Assembly: GCA_963702895.1 (NCBI GenBank)
Contig: OY969767.1
Coordinates: forward strand, 544,001 to 608,000
Length of the DNA stretch: 64,000 nt
DNA from: an uncultured Elusimicrobia bacterium
Lineage (GTDB): Bacteria > Elusimicrobiota > Elusimicrobia > 2-01-FULL-59-12
Direction of reading: 5' to 3'
Positions 9,271 through 18,889 of the stretch are shown in pieces. The notes beneath the pieces were generated by a model. The model did not search any database. It had not been told where the DNA came from and saw only the letters and a program-made list of their open reading frames with translations. The position numbers were made by a program, and so were the translations under genes. The first letter of the stretch is position 1, and every line of letters begins with the position of its first letter.

Positions 9271-10200
9271 ATGAAAAAGTATTTTCTTTGTCTCTTCCTT
9301 TCGTCATTATGTCTGGCTGCCAAATATCCACGGCCAGAAGGCTACGTCTCCGACTTTGCCAACGTGATTGACCTCTCCACACGGGAGTCACTGGAATCGC
9401 AACTCCGCGACTATGAGCAAACCACCACCCACGAAATCGCGGTGGTGACTGTTCCATCCCTGGAGGGTGCTTCGGTGGAAGAGTATGCTGTCAAACTCTT
9501 TCAGGAGTGGGGTATTGGCAAGAAAGGGAAAGACAATGGTGTGCTCATTTTGGTGGCACCGAGTGAGCGGAAAGTCCGTATTGAAGTAGGTTATGGTTTG
9601 GAGCCAATCTTGCCGGATGGTCGTTGCGGCCAGATCATCCGAGAAGCGATGGTGCCGTCTTTTAAAACGGGAGACTACGCGGGCGGCATACAAGCTGGGG
9701 CAGAGGCGATTAGGAATGCTCTAACCGGTCCAAAGAAAGATAGCGGATCCCGACAGCCCGTATTTCGCTATACATTTGAACAATGGTTCTTCTTGTTTAT
9801 GGGGGGGGGTGTGCTTCCTCTGCTCGCGGCTGTAGCCACACGCAGGAGGGAGGTCGGTTTACTAATAATGTCACTGATTGGCATCGTTCTTATATTTGAT
9901 CAAACGTCTCGCATGTTCTCATTATCGACATTTGCTGTGCTCACCATTGTTGCAGTTATAGTATTTCGCATCGCTTATTACTTAACTAAAGGTCTCTCCG
10001 CGATCAATCAGAGGCGTGGCGGAGGCGATGGATTGAGTTCTTCGGGATGGAGCTGGGGAGGACATGGAGGATTTGGTGGCAGTGGGGGAGGGTTTGGAGA
10101 GATGGGGGGCGGCGGATTCGGAGGCGGTGGTGGCTTTGGCGGTTTTGGTGGCTTTGGCGGTGGATCCAGCGGTGGCGGTGGCGCCTCCGGAGGGTGGTGA
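9271..10200 (+). CDS. TPM domain protein (YgcG-like) with Gly-rich tail
   Basis: YVSDFAN, EIAVVTV, WGIGKKGKDNGVL, RIEVGYGLE, FGGGSSGGGGASGGW. Confidence 0.92.
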   Translation: MKKYFLCLFLSSLCLAAKYPRPEGYVSDFANVIDLSTRESLESQLRDYEQTTTHEIAVVTVPSLEGASVEEYAVKLFQEWGIGKKGKDNGVLILVAPSERKVRIEVGYGLEPILPDGRCGQIIREAMVPSFKTGDYAGGIQAGAEAIRNALTGPKKDSGSRQPVFRYTFEQWFFLFMGGGVLPLLAAVATRRREVGLLIMSLIGIVLIFDQTSRMFSLSTFAVLTIVAVIVFRIAYYLTKGLSAINQRRGGGDGLSSSGWSWGGHGGFGGSGGGFGEMGGGGFGGGGGFGGFGGFGGGSSGGGGASGGW

Positions 10201-10227
10201 CGATGCTGCGCCCATAAGAGCGCGCCT

Positions 10228-10603
10228 CGTCATCCCGGCACGTTGTTAGCCGGGATCCACGGATGACCAATGAAAAGGCCCTGCGTATACATTCTGGCAA
10301 ACAAGCGAAACGGAACTCTTTACACGGGAGTGACTTCAAATCTGTCTCAACGCATTGAACAGCATAAGCGCAAATCAATGCCAGGGTTTACGGACAAATA
10401 TGCTGTCGATAAGTTAGTCTGGTATGAAGCTCACGATACGATGGAAGCGGCTATTGCCAGAGAACATGCGATCAAAGAATGGAAAAGGAAGTGGAAGTTA
10501 GAGTTGATCGAAAAGAAAAATCCGTACTGGAACGACTTAAGTGAAGAAGCAGCATCAATTTAATAACGCCGCTGGGCCCCGGCTGACGACCGCCGGGGTG
10601 ACG
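10228..10603 (+). mobile_element. Putative autonomous CGTC-repeat element: left arm, GIY-YIG gene, right arm
   Basis: Left arm 10228-10259 and right arm 10573-10603 match the arms of the gene-less copies at 5945, 23043 and 23707. Confidence 0.65.
10270..10563 (+). CDS. GIY-YIG nuclease family protein
   Basis: VYILANKRNGTLYTGVT, R..QH, LVWYE, AIARE..IK.W.R.WK. Confidence 0.92.
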   Translation: MKRPCVYILANKRNGTLYTGVTSNLSQRIEQHKRKSMPGFTDKYAVDKLVWYEAHDTMEAAIAREHAIKEWKRKWKLELIEKKNPYWNDLSEEAASI

Positions 10604-10605
10604 GC

Positions 10606-11316
10606 ATGTGGGAGGTGCTTCTAATGTGGTTCTCATTGCCTTTTCGTCCAAAGCGTAACCCCGACAAGGACCTCGACAGGTTGAGCATATCCCTTCGTGA
10701 CGCGCTCGGGCCTCGCCTTAAGAGCGTGATCGTCTTTGGCTCTCACGCCCGGGGTGAGTACGATCCCAAGCGCTCCAACGTGAATGTGCTCGTGGTGTCG
10801 GATCTTTCGTACGAGTCGCTGGAGCTCATGGGGCCGGCGGTCCGGGACTGGATTCGCCAGGGGCATATCTTGCCGGTCCTCGTGGCGCCGGACGATTTGG
10901 ACGATTTCGCGCGGGACTTCCCGATCGAGTTCCTGGACATGCAGGACCATCGGCGTGTCATTTGGGGAGAGGATGTGCTGGCGAATCTCAAGGTCGACTC
11001 GAAACACCTGGAGAGCCAGGTGGAGCATGATCTGGCGCTTCTTCAGCTTCGCCTGCGCCAGTCACTCGCACTCGCCAACCGTGACGTCGGCATCGTGCGC
11101 AGGGCCTTAGAACGATCGGCCTCAAGCCTGCGGGTTCTGCTTGCTGTCGCGCGCCGACTGGGTGACGAAAGGGCGGCGGGTCTTGATAAAATGCGGGCGG
11201 ATATTCCGGATCTGGCAGCGGTACGAGTCGGGAATAAGGAAGTAGAAGTTCGTGATTTTTCAAAACGGTATCTTTCAGTCATTGATGCGGTGCTAGGGCA
11301 CCTCAGAAGGAAATAA
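10606..11316 (+). CDS. Nucleotidyltransferase-fold protein of lemA/TPM neighbourhoods
   Basis: VFGSHARGEY...SNVNVLVV, DFPIEFLD. Confidence 0.75.
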   Translation: MWEVLLMWFSLPFRPKRNPDKDLDRLSISLRDALGPRLKSVIVFGSHARGEYDPKRSNVNVLVVSDLSYESLELMGPAVRDWIRQGHILPVLVAPDDLDDFARDFPIEFLDMQDHRRVIWGEDVLANLKVDSKHLESQVEHDLALLQLRLRQSLALANRDVGIVRRALERSASSLRVLLAVARRLGDERAAGLDKMRADIPDLAAVRVGNKEVEVRDFSKRYLSVIDAVLGHLRRK

Positions 11317-11322
11317 AACACG

Positions 11323-11381
11323 GTCATCCCCGTGGAAACGGGCCCCCCACACAACTGGCGGGCCGCTTTCGCGGGAATGAC
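11323..11381. repeat. GTCATCCCCG..CGGGAATGAC palindromic repeat (CGTC-related) with nested hairpin
   Basis: gtcatccccgtg...cgcgggaatgac. Confidence 0.7.
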
Positions 11382-11395
11382 ATCAAGGAGGATGT

Positions 11396-11965
11396 ATGCG
11401 AGGACAAGCGAAAGTAGGGCTTTTGGTTTTCTTGGGCGTGGTGTTGTTTGCTGCCGGATACGGCATCTCGACCTACAACAGATTGGTCAAGTTGAACGAG
11501 CAGATCCCAGCAGCCTGGTCTCAAGTCGAAAACGTCCTCCAGCGCCGCAATGACCTCATCCCGAATCTCGTCAACACGGTCAAAGGGTATGCCAAACACG
11601 AACAGCAGATCCTCACGGCGGTTACGGAGGCCTTGAAATCGTTCAACCGGGCGACCACCGTCTCTGACAAGATCGCCGCGGATAACACGATCTCGTCGCT
11701 CCTAGGGAGAATCCTCGCGGTTTCCCTTCAGTACCCCAACCTGAAAGCGGACGCGCAGTTCATGCGCCTCTCGGATGAGCTCGCCGGGACAGAAAACCGC
11801 ATCGCGGTGGAGCGTATGCGCTTTAACGACACGGTCAAAGACTACAACACCAAGGTGAAAACGTTCCCCACAAATCTCATCGCCAGACTTGGCGGATTCA
11901 AGGCTTCCGAAGACTATTTCAAGGCTGCCGAATCCGCAAAACAAGTCCCGAGCGTCCAGTTCTGA
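11396..11965 (+). CDS. lemA: LemA family protein
   Basis: YNRLV, QRRNDLIPNLV, YPNLKA, ELAGTENRI, FPTN. Confidence 0.94.
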   Translation: MRGQAKVGLLVFLGVVLFAAGYGISTYNRLVKLNEQIPAAWSQVENVLQRRNDLIPNLVNTVKGYAKHEQQILTAVTEALKSFNRATTVSDKIAADNTISSLLGRILAVSLQYPNLKADAQFMRLSDELAGTENRIAVERMRFNDTVKDYNTKVKTFPTNLIARLGGFKASEDYFKAAESAKQVPSVQF

Positions 11966-11970
11966 ACTCT

Positions 11971-12522
11971 GTGCGCAGGTGTGGTTGGGCAGATGACGAC
12001 CCCATCCTGCGGGAGTACCATGACAAAGAGTGGGGTGTTCCGCTTCACGATGATCGCAAGCTTCTGGAAGCGATCATTTTAGATGGCGCTCAGGCGGGGC
12101 TTTCGTGGCGGACCATCCTCATCCGTCGGGAAGGGTATCGCAGGGCCTTTCACCGATTTGATGCCGCCAAGATCAGCCGGATGGGGTCTCAGGATGTGGC
12201 GCGCCTCATGAAGAACCCGGAGATTGTTCGCAATCGCGCCAAAATCTATTCCGCCATCCAGAATGCGAAGGCCTATTTAAAAATTCGAAAGGAATTCGGG
12301 AGTTTTGACCGGTATCTCTGGTCCTTTGCGCCGGCCTCCGACACGCGCGCCCGAAAAACGGATTACCGCCAATTACCCGTGAGTTCCCCCGAAGCTGTTG
12401 CGATGAGCCAAGACCTGCGCCGGAGGGGTTTTTCGTTTGTCGGGCCGACCATTTGTTATGCTTTCATGCAGGCAGCGGGTCTTGTGGATGATCATGTGAA
12501 GGGTTGTTTCCGTTCTGGCTGA
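11971..12522 (+). CDS. tag: DNA-3-methyladenine glycosylase I
   Basis: RCGW, YHDKEWG, QAGLSW, RNRAKI, FVGPTICY, DDH..C. Confidence 0.93.
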   Translation: MRRCGWADDDPILREYHDKEWGVPLHDDRKLLEAIILDGAQAGLSWRTILIRREGYRRAFHRFDAAKISRMGSQDVARLMKNPEIVRNRAKIYSAIQNAKAYLKIRKEFGSFDRYLWSFAPASDTRARKTDYRQLPVSSPEAVAMSQDLRRRGFSFVGPTICYAFMQAAGLVDDHVKGCFRSG

Positions 12523-12555
12523 TGGCTTCATTCATTAATCAAGAGGAGGTCTTTC

Positions 12556-12747
12556 ATGGCTGTCAAAGCGAACTATGTCGTGAAATCAATCGTGAAGGAA
12601 CGCATCGCGAAAGGAAAGTGTCACAGTGCTTCGGACGTCACCGTTGCCCTTAATGGCCTGGTGGAATGGTATTTGGATGAAGCGGTGAAACGCGCCAAAG
12701 CCAATGGCCGCAAAACGGTCCGCGGACACGACATCTGTTTAGGGTAA
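12556..12747 (+). CDS. Bacterial histone-fold protein (63 aa)
   Basis: Strong SD gaggagg; C-terminal A..RAKANGRKTV...D signature of prokaryotic histone folds. Confidence 0.8.
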   Translation: MAVKANYVVKSIVKERIAKGKCHSASDVTVALNGLVEWYLDEAVKRAKANGRKTVRGHDICLG

Positions 12748-12805
12748 GAGCGGGGGATAGGAAAAAGGGTGCGGGGGATCAATCATCGAGGGACATGGAA
12801 AGTCT

Positions 12806-14158
12806 TTGTCGTTGCCTGTCCCCTGGTGCTTCATGAACACGATGGATCATTCTAGACCATTGGCTCGAGGAAAAACGCGCGCGTTGCTTCTGGTCGCAGG
12901 GGAATTGTTCTTGCTTGGACTCGTCGGAGCGGGCGTGTCCTGGGAATTTGCGCGCATGAACCAAGCGGTCGATGAGCTCTCGGAACTGAAAGATCCTTCC
13001 CCGTTCCGGTCAGTCTTGATGGGAAACCTTGAAAAGGTCCATATCGCGTTGCAGGGATTCCTTCGCAGCGCTGATCCCGCGATGGAAGAACAGATCGCGA
13101 AGAGCCTTCAAGAGTTCCAATCCTCGATCCCAGAATTTCAGAAGCAAAACGCGAAGCTTTTCCCGAAACAGGCGGTCGAGGAAATTGGCCTCGCGTTCTC
13201 AGGCTTAAAAAAATCCATCGAGGAACTCTTGAAACTGAATGTTCGCCGCCAGGCCTCCCGGACGAAGCTGGAGGCCGGCTTTGCCCGTATCATCACGCTC
13301 CTTGAGCAAAATGTCCGTCCCTTGATTCGAGACCATCAGCCGGACGCGGCGGAGAGGCGTGAGGCAGCGCTCAATATTGAAAATCAAGTGCGTGCCTGGC
13401 AGCAGTCCCTGATGAGGTCCTGGACGGCGCCGGCCTCCCAGGACGCTGCGACGGTCTATGAGATTGAAAACCGTGGCGCGTCCTACCTGGAGCGTTATTC
13501 CGGGATGCAGCTCCTCGCCCGAGAGCGCAAAGTGGTCAAAGCCATACAAACCTTATGGGATGAGACCGGAAGCATGATGCCGGCCAGCTTCGCGCTAGAA
13601 AAGACTGTTCTCGAGATGGCTTCCTTTGTGAGCGCGCAGCGCGAACAGGTCGTCCTCGCCTTAAATAAATACCTTCCTGCCTTATCACCCGCGGAGTTGG
13701 AGGACCTTAAGCAAGGTTTTATCCGTTCGATGCGCATTCATGGTGTCGTTTCGGTGATCCTGGTGCTCTTGGCCCTGGTGTCCGTGTATTTTTCAGTCGG
13801 CGTTGTGGGTCGGACGCTTCGCAGCATACCGTTGAGACCTGCCAAGCCCGCCCCGGTTTCGGGCGTCATGCTCAAAATGAATCTCAAGGGGGTGCTGACC
13901 GGCTGGAGTGCCGAGGCGGAAAGACTCTACGGCTATACTTCCGATGATGTTCTGGGTGAGACGATCGACAAACTCTTTGAGTCCAAAGAGGATCTCGAGC
14001 GTCTCTCTCAAGAGCTGGCCAAGTCGCACAGCACATCCTTCGTGAGCACGCACAAGGATCAGAATGGGGTTTTCTTCAGGGCGCGTATGGACTTCCATCC
14101 TGTGATGGACGCCCAGGGGCATGTTTCAGCGATTGGAATTACCTGCCACAAAACCTGA
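12806..14158 (+). CDS. Membrane sensor-like protein: TM, helical extracytoplasmic domain, TM, C-terminal PAS (start may be 12833 or 12842)
   Basis: Two hydrophobic segments; GWSAEAERLYGY...LG PAS motif. Confidence 0.65.
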   Translation: MSLPVPWCFMNTMDHSRPLARGKTRALLLVAGELFLLGLVGAGVSWEFARMNQAVDELSELKDPSPFRSVLMGNLEKVHIALQGFLRSADPAMEEQIAKSLQEFQSSIPEFQKQNAKLFPKQAVEEIGLAFSGLKKSIEELLKLNVRRQASRTKLEAGFARIITLLEQNVRPLIRDHQPDAAERREAALNIENQVRAWQQSLMRSWTAPASQDAATVYEIENRGASYLERYSGMQLLARERKVVKAIQTLWDETGSMMPASFALEKTVLEMASFVSAQREQVVLALNKYLPALSPAELEDLKQGFIRSMRIHGVVSVILVLLALVSVYFSVGVVGRTLRSIPLRPAKPAPVSGVMLKMNLKGVLTGWSAEAERLYGYTSDDVLGETIDKLFESKEDLERLSQELAKSHSTSFVSTHKDQNGVFFRARMDFHPVMDAQGHVSAIGITCHKT

Positions 14159-14193
14159 GAGAGACCAACGTCCTCCATTTTGGACGAGACCCA

Positions 14194-17100
14194 TCAGGGC
14201 TGGAGCATGGTCGGATAAAGAGCTCCACCTTCCTGAGTGCGTAAAGTAAAGCGACTGCCGAGGTCGGCCGCATCGGGCGGCACCGTCCCCTGGACGAGCG
14301 TCTTCGACCAGAAGGAGATCCCGGCGTCGCCGTGATTGCAGGGAATCGTTCCGGGCGGGTTGTCGTGGCAGGGTGCAGGATAAAACTGAAATGTTCCCGG
14401 AGTGTCGCCCAGCTCGCTGCCCTGAAGCGTAAATGTCTTGCCCGAGGATGTGGTCAGGCTCGGTGGCAGCGGTGCTGCTTGAAGCACAAAATCAGCCCGA
14501 TTGCTGGTGCCTCGCGTCGTTTCCACAAGGATCGATGCCAGACCGGCCGGGAAGGACGTGTTCAGGGCGGCGCGGATCAAGCGATCTGACCAGGACAGGA
14601 CGGGTATGGGCACGCTGTTGCAGCTCAGGCGCGACCCGTTTTGGGCCACGCCGAAATTCCATCCCTCCACCGTGAGGGTTTGGCCGGGCTGCGAAACACT
14701 GGGTGAGACTGAAAGAATCCCCGGTTTTCCATCGGAGGCGGCTTGCAGATCAAGGCCCTTGGCTTGCAAGAGCTCCTGGATCGCGACGGTCGGAGCGTGA
14801 TAATCCGCCGTCGAGTACTTGGACAATTTCCTCTCAAGGACATCGTAGGAATCATTCCCAAAGTTCGGAAGCGCTTCGTCATAACCGGCGTGTGCGACCC
14901 ATCCCCATGTGGAGGGGCTGTCATGGTGCTTGGAGGACCAGGAGGTCCAGCTCCATCCGCGCGAATTGAAACTGGTCAGATAATAATCCCAGATTGATTT
15001 CATGTTGAATCCGTAAAATTCGCCGATCATCAGCGGCACGTTGTAATCCGGCTGGGCGACCGCCGCTGCGGCCAGCTTCTGGTCGATGAACGCTTTATGC
15101 GAGTCGAAATTTTCGTCCGTGTTGATCCGGTTGCCCTCCGCATCGGTGTCATACCAGTGATACCAATGGAATTGGTACATCACATTGGTCCAGTGGCGCT
15201 GCTTCGGCGGCGGCAGGGTGTCCCAATCAACGTATTCCGGGTCCTTCTTCCTGGGCTTAGGATTGGTAAACCAGACGCCTTCCATCACGATCAGATGATG
15301 GGGGTCCACGCTGCGGATCGTACGGTAAAGTCGGTCGTACATGTTTGCCAGAGAGGCAATCCGCGGCGTCGCGCCGATGGGCTCATTGAGCAAATCGTAC
15401 CCCAGCACCCAGGGATTGTCCCGGTAATGGAGGGCGATCTCCTTCCAGAGCTGCTCGGTGCGTTTCCGGTAGAACTCCCCGCCGGAGGCGAAGAGCTGAT
15501 TAAACCCAGCGCGACCGGTCGTTGCCTCTGCGCTCTGGAGCCCCGGTGCTCCGTGCATGTCGAGCAGCGTGTAGATCCCGCGATCCGCGAGCGCGTTCAC
15601 CACCGCATCGAGTTGACGAAAGGTGTTCGGGTCGGAAGGCGGCGAGATCCACTTGCCGTTGTCATCCTGAAAATTGCGGTAATAGAACGGCAGCCGGACA
15701 AGCGTGATCCCCCGGTCAAGAAAGCGATCGAAATCGAAGGTATTCCCATAGCTCTGTTCATAGTGTCGCAACAGTTGTTCAGTTTTGGCGGCGCCGAATC
15801 GCGCGCCCAGACGTTCGCGAATGCTCCAGTCATCGGGAAGCGGTGGGGTGTCGCCGTTGCCCAGCCCGGTCATCCAGGGTTCAATCACGAAGGCGCCCCC
15901 GAGATTGACGCCACTGAGCACAAGCGTGTCGCCGGTCCCGTTGGCATCTTTGATGACGGTTCCGGTCGAGCGGACGAAGTTTTCACCAGGGGCGTACACC
16001 TGCGGGCGGCTCCAGGGCGTCAGCGTGTTGACGACGCCGCCCGTTTCGCTGATTCCTCGAATGCGATACCACGTCCGGAGTTCCGCCTTGAGCGGAAAGA
16101 AAGGAACGCCGCCTTTGTGCACGCGGGTCCACGGTCCTGATTTGGCCGGCGCCTTCTCGACTTCGTAAAGATCCGTTTGCGAAACGGCGGTCCACGTCAG
16201 AGATCCCTGCGCCAGGCGGTTGTAGGTGAGCACCACGGCTGGTGGAAGATACTCCGTCACATCCGACCAGTCCGAGGTGTAAGGCAGACTGTTGCGATCT
16301 TGAAAGGCCTCCTCCCAGCGCACGCGCAGCCAAGATTTGGAGAGGCGCGTGGTTCGGAAGCTGGTCTGGGGGCCGCTGAAGATCGTTTTCCAGGGACCTT
16401 CCGGGCCGCTCAGGCTTTCCTGCAAGCGGTAGCGGGCGGCGCCGGGCACAGGCCTCCACTCGATCATGCCCCGTGCAAAGGAGGATTCCAGAATTTTCGT
16501 CTGAGGCCCTGCGGCGCGAATATCATCCAGGAAATAAGTGCCCGGCCAGTAGGCTTGGAACTGGATTTTGTTGATGTCGCGAAGGTTCAGATCCGGCGCT
16601 TGTGTTCGCAAATCGCTGAAGAGCACCGTGAGCCGCGACCATCGGCCGACCGTGGCGGCTGTCTTGGTCCACACTTGAACCTTGGTGTCATCCGTGAAAT
16701 GGGCGCCATTGTCATAGAATTGAACCCCGATGTTATTGTCCATCGCGTTTTCCGGAAGCCCATACATCCAGAAAGTCAGGCGGTCGTTGTTGTCCGGATC
16801 GAGGTCCACAGACCAGAAGCTCTGCTCTGCCGTCCCATTTTTGTTGACATAGCGCTTATCCTGGGATTGAATGCCGGTCCCGCCCCATCGAGCGGTGGAG
16901 AGCAGCTTCCAAGAATGCCGGCCATCATAAGACGGCTCGCTGGCCGTCGAAACGGCCACGGTGTCGTTCGAATTCCACTTCCAGCCGTACTCATGCTCGG
17001 CGGATCCGCTGCGCTCCTCTGGTTCGAACGCCTGGTACACGCGGTCTTCTCTGACGGCATGAATGTCGTCGAAATAATAGCGGCCGGGCCAGTAATTCTT

Positions 17101-17622
17101 AAACTCCACCCGGACCACCTGCCGCAGGTTGAAGTCGGGCGGGAGCTGACTGAAGAGGACTTTGAGCTTGCTCCACTGTCCGTAGCGCGCCGTCTGGGTT
17201 GTCCACACCTCAAACCCGTGGACGCGGTAGTTGGATTGGTCATAGAAGGTGACGCCGACATTGTTGTCAGTACCGGGCTCGCATCCCACGATGGTGCAGT
17301 TGCGGTTGGGGAGCGCATAGATCCAGAAGGTGAGGCGGTCGTTGTTGACCCCTTTCAAATCGGTATTGCCTCCGTTCACTTGGCCCATCACGCCGAAGCC
17401 GGTCCAATAATCCGCGCTGGAGGCTTTGACCGCCTTGACCCCGAGATGAACGGCTTCGGCCCGGTCAACGATCAGGACGGTCGCGCTTCCGACAGGATTG
17501 AGCACTGGTGGTGCGCCGTTGTCTGGCTCAAAATTCTGAAAGATTAATCCAGCCGACGCTGGCGTCGTGACGGCCATGACGAGGGAAACGATCAGAAGGT
17601 GGTTGAAATTCTTGAAGTTCAT
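14194..17622 (-). CDS. Secreted modular glycoside hydrolase family 5: two CBM-like repeats, two FN3-like repeats, GH5, IPT/TIG
   Basis: GVNLGG..IEPW, VRLPF, DMHGAPG, YDLLNEP, FHWY, IGEF; signal peptide from ATG at 17622 with SD aagga. Confidence 0.87.
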   Translation of the reverse strand: MNFKNFNHLLIVSLVMAVTTPASAGLIFQNFEPDNGAPPVLNPVGSATVLIVDRAEAVHLGVKAVKASSADYWTGFGVMGQVNGGNTDLKGVNNDRLTFWIYALPNRNCTIVGCEPGTDNNVGVTFYDQSNYRVHGFEVWTTQTARYGQWSKLKVLFSQLPPDFNLRQVVRVEFKNYWPGRYYFDDIHAVREDRVYQAFEPEERSGSAEHEYGWKWNSNDTVAVSTASEPSYDGRHSWKLLSTARWGGTGIQSQDKRYVNKNGTAEQSFWSVDLDPDNNDRLTFWMYGLPENAMDNNIGVQFYDNGAHFTDDTKVQVWTKTAATVGRWSRLTVLFSDLRTQAPDLNLRDINKIQFQAYWPGTYFLDDIRAAGPQTKILESSFARGMIEWRPVPGAARYRLQESLSGPEGPWKTIFSGPQTSFRTTRLSKSWLRVRWEEAFQDRNSLPYTSDWSDVTEYLPPAVVLTYNRLAQGSLTWTAVSQTDLYEVEKAPAKSGPWTRVHKGGVPFFPLKAELRTWYRIRGISETGGVVNTLTPWSRPQVYAPGENFVRSTGTVIKDANGTGDTLVLSGVNLGGAFVIEPWMTGLGNGDTPPLPDDWSIRERLGARFGAAKTEQLLRHYEQSYGNTFDFDRFLDRGITLVRLPFYYRNFQDDNGKWISPPSDPNTFRQLDAVVNALADRGIYTLLDMHGAPGLQSAEATTGRAGFNQLFASGGEFYRKRTEQLWKEIALHYRDNPWVLGYDLLNEPIGATPRIASLANMYDRLYRTIRSVDPHHLIVMEGVWFTNPKPRKKDPEYVDWDTLPPPKQRHWTNVMYQFHWYHWYDTDAEGNRINTDENFDSHKAFIDQKLAAAAVAQPDYNVPLMIGEFYGFNMKSIWDYYLTSFNSRGWSWTSWSSKHHDSPSTWGWVAHAGYDEALPNFGNDSYDVLERKLSKYSTADYHAPTVAIQELLQAKGLDLQAASDGKPGILSVSPSVSQPGQTLTVEGWNFGVAQNGSRLSCNSVPIPVLSWSDRLIRAALNTSFPAGLASILVETTRGTSNRADFVLQAAPLPPSLTTSSGKTFTLQGSELGDTPGTFQFYPAPCHDNPPGTIPCNHGDAGISFWSKTLVQGTVPPDAADLGSRFTLRTQEGGALYPTMLQP

Positions 17623-17883
17623 AAAGTTCCTTTCGCTGCCTGTGAACATGGGCAATCTGCTTGGGCAGACAAACGTATCGAAGTTGGCAACGGCCCAAAA
17701 ATATCCTGTTGAACAAACAAATGTGATTTTCATTTTATGTTGGCGTTCGCTTGTTGCCAAGAGGCCTTCCGGCTCAATAGGCGTGGGTGAATCGGTCTGG
17801 GTCCAACGGTCCCCGAGAGCCGGGTCTCCCCATCCTCTGGGACTTTGGACTGGAGCTCCTTAGTATAATCAAGAGAGAAATAA

Positions 17884-18333
17884 ATGAATTTATCGAGCAA
17901 CAAGGGCGTTACCGCCCTCGAGACGGTGCTGGCTGTGGCGATTCTATCCTGGGTCGGGCTGGTGATCAGCGAGGTTTTTACCAGAACCTATCGCATGGCG
18001 GACAACAACCTGCAAGCGTCTAAGGCGTTTGCCTTGGGCGAGATGGCGCTGGAACAGTACAACGCCTATGCCGCTCTCAGCGCTGAGCGCCTGCCGTCCT
18101 TCGACAAGACTCGCGCAAAACCGCGCGAATTCTTTGGTACGAACGATGATTTCGGATATGACCGTCTTCGCCTCACGACGCGTGCGGATCCCATCCCGGA
18201 GGAGTCGCTCACCCAGGTGACGATTCGCATCAGCTGGGGAAGCGGTCTGTTCGCCCCCGTATTGACATTTACAAAAATCTATCCGCATTGGATGAGCGGT
18301 GAATCAAGCGATCTTCACGCACGTGGGATATAG
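17884..18333 (+). CDS. Type IV pilin-like protein (PilV-like)
   Basis: Prepilin cleavage motif NKG|VTALETVLAV. Confidence 0.7.
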   Translation: MNLSSNKGVTALETVLAVAILSWVGLVISEVFTRTYRMADNNLQASKAFALGEMALEQYNAYAALSAERLPSFDKTRAKPREFFGTNDDFGYDRLRLTTRADPIPEESLTQVTIRISWGSGLFAPVLTFTKIYPHWMSGESSDLHARGI

Positions 18334-18889
18334 CCACTGCCCAGGCGCCACACGTCTGGCCACGTCGGTTCGATATCAACGAGGCGTGACCCTCATCGAG
18401 ATCCTCCTGTTCGGGTCTATTTCGGCGACGTTACTCTTGTGGCTCAGCTCCTGGCTGACGAAGCCAACCCTGATCCAGCAGCAGATGCTGGCGACGTTTG
18501 AAGAGCGGGAGGCTTTGCGCTTGACCGACGCCCTGGTGAATGATTTGAAACAGATGATTCCGGGCACCCTTCGCCTGGAGAGTTCCACAGGCCAAGGGCC
18601 GCTCACTTTTCAGATCGCGGGACCCGCAACCCCGCCGGGGGAAAGCCCCGGAACGCCGGTTACGATTCGCTACAGCTATGAACCTCCGACACCGGGTTTG
18701 AGCGGGTCATGGACTCGCATCGTTGATGGCACGCCGACCGTCGTTCTGAACGGACTCGAGCCGCCGATGCCCATGGAACCTATGATTCAACAGGATCCAG
18801 CCCTCCGAATCATCACGATGAGTCTCCGATTGAAAATGATGAACGGGAAACCCTTGCGTGTGGTGCGCCGTGTGGCCGTCCCGAATTAA
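18299..18889 (+). CDS. Type IV pilin-like protein (PilW/GspJ-like)
   Basis: QRG|VTLIEILL motif. Confidence 0.7.
   Translation: MNQAIFTHVGYSHCPGATRLATSVRYQRGVTLIEILLFGSISATLLLWLSSWLTKPTLIQQQMLATFEEREALRLTDALVNDLKQMIPGTLRLESSTGQGPLTFQIAGPATPPGESPGTPVTIRYSYEPPTPGLSGSWTRIVDGTPTVVLNGLEPPMPMEPMIQQDPALRIITMSLRLKMMNGKPLRVVRRVAVPN

Noticed and set aside
10015..10197. GGN-rich low-complexity tract
   Set aside because: Ordinary Gly-rich tail of TPM-domain proteins.
17623..17883. Possible riboswitch between GH5 and the pilin genes
   Set aside because: No recognisable aptamer consensus (e.g. c-di-GMP-I) seen on either strand by eye; an Rfam scan would be needed.
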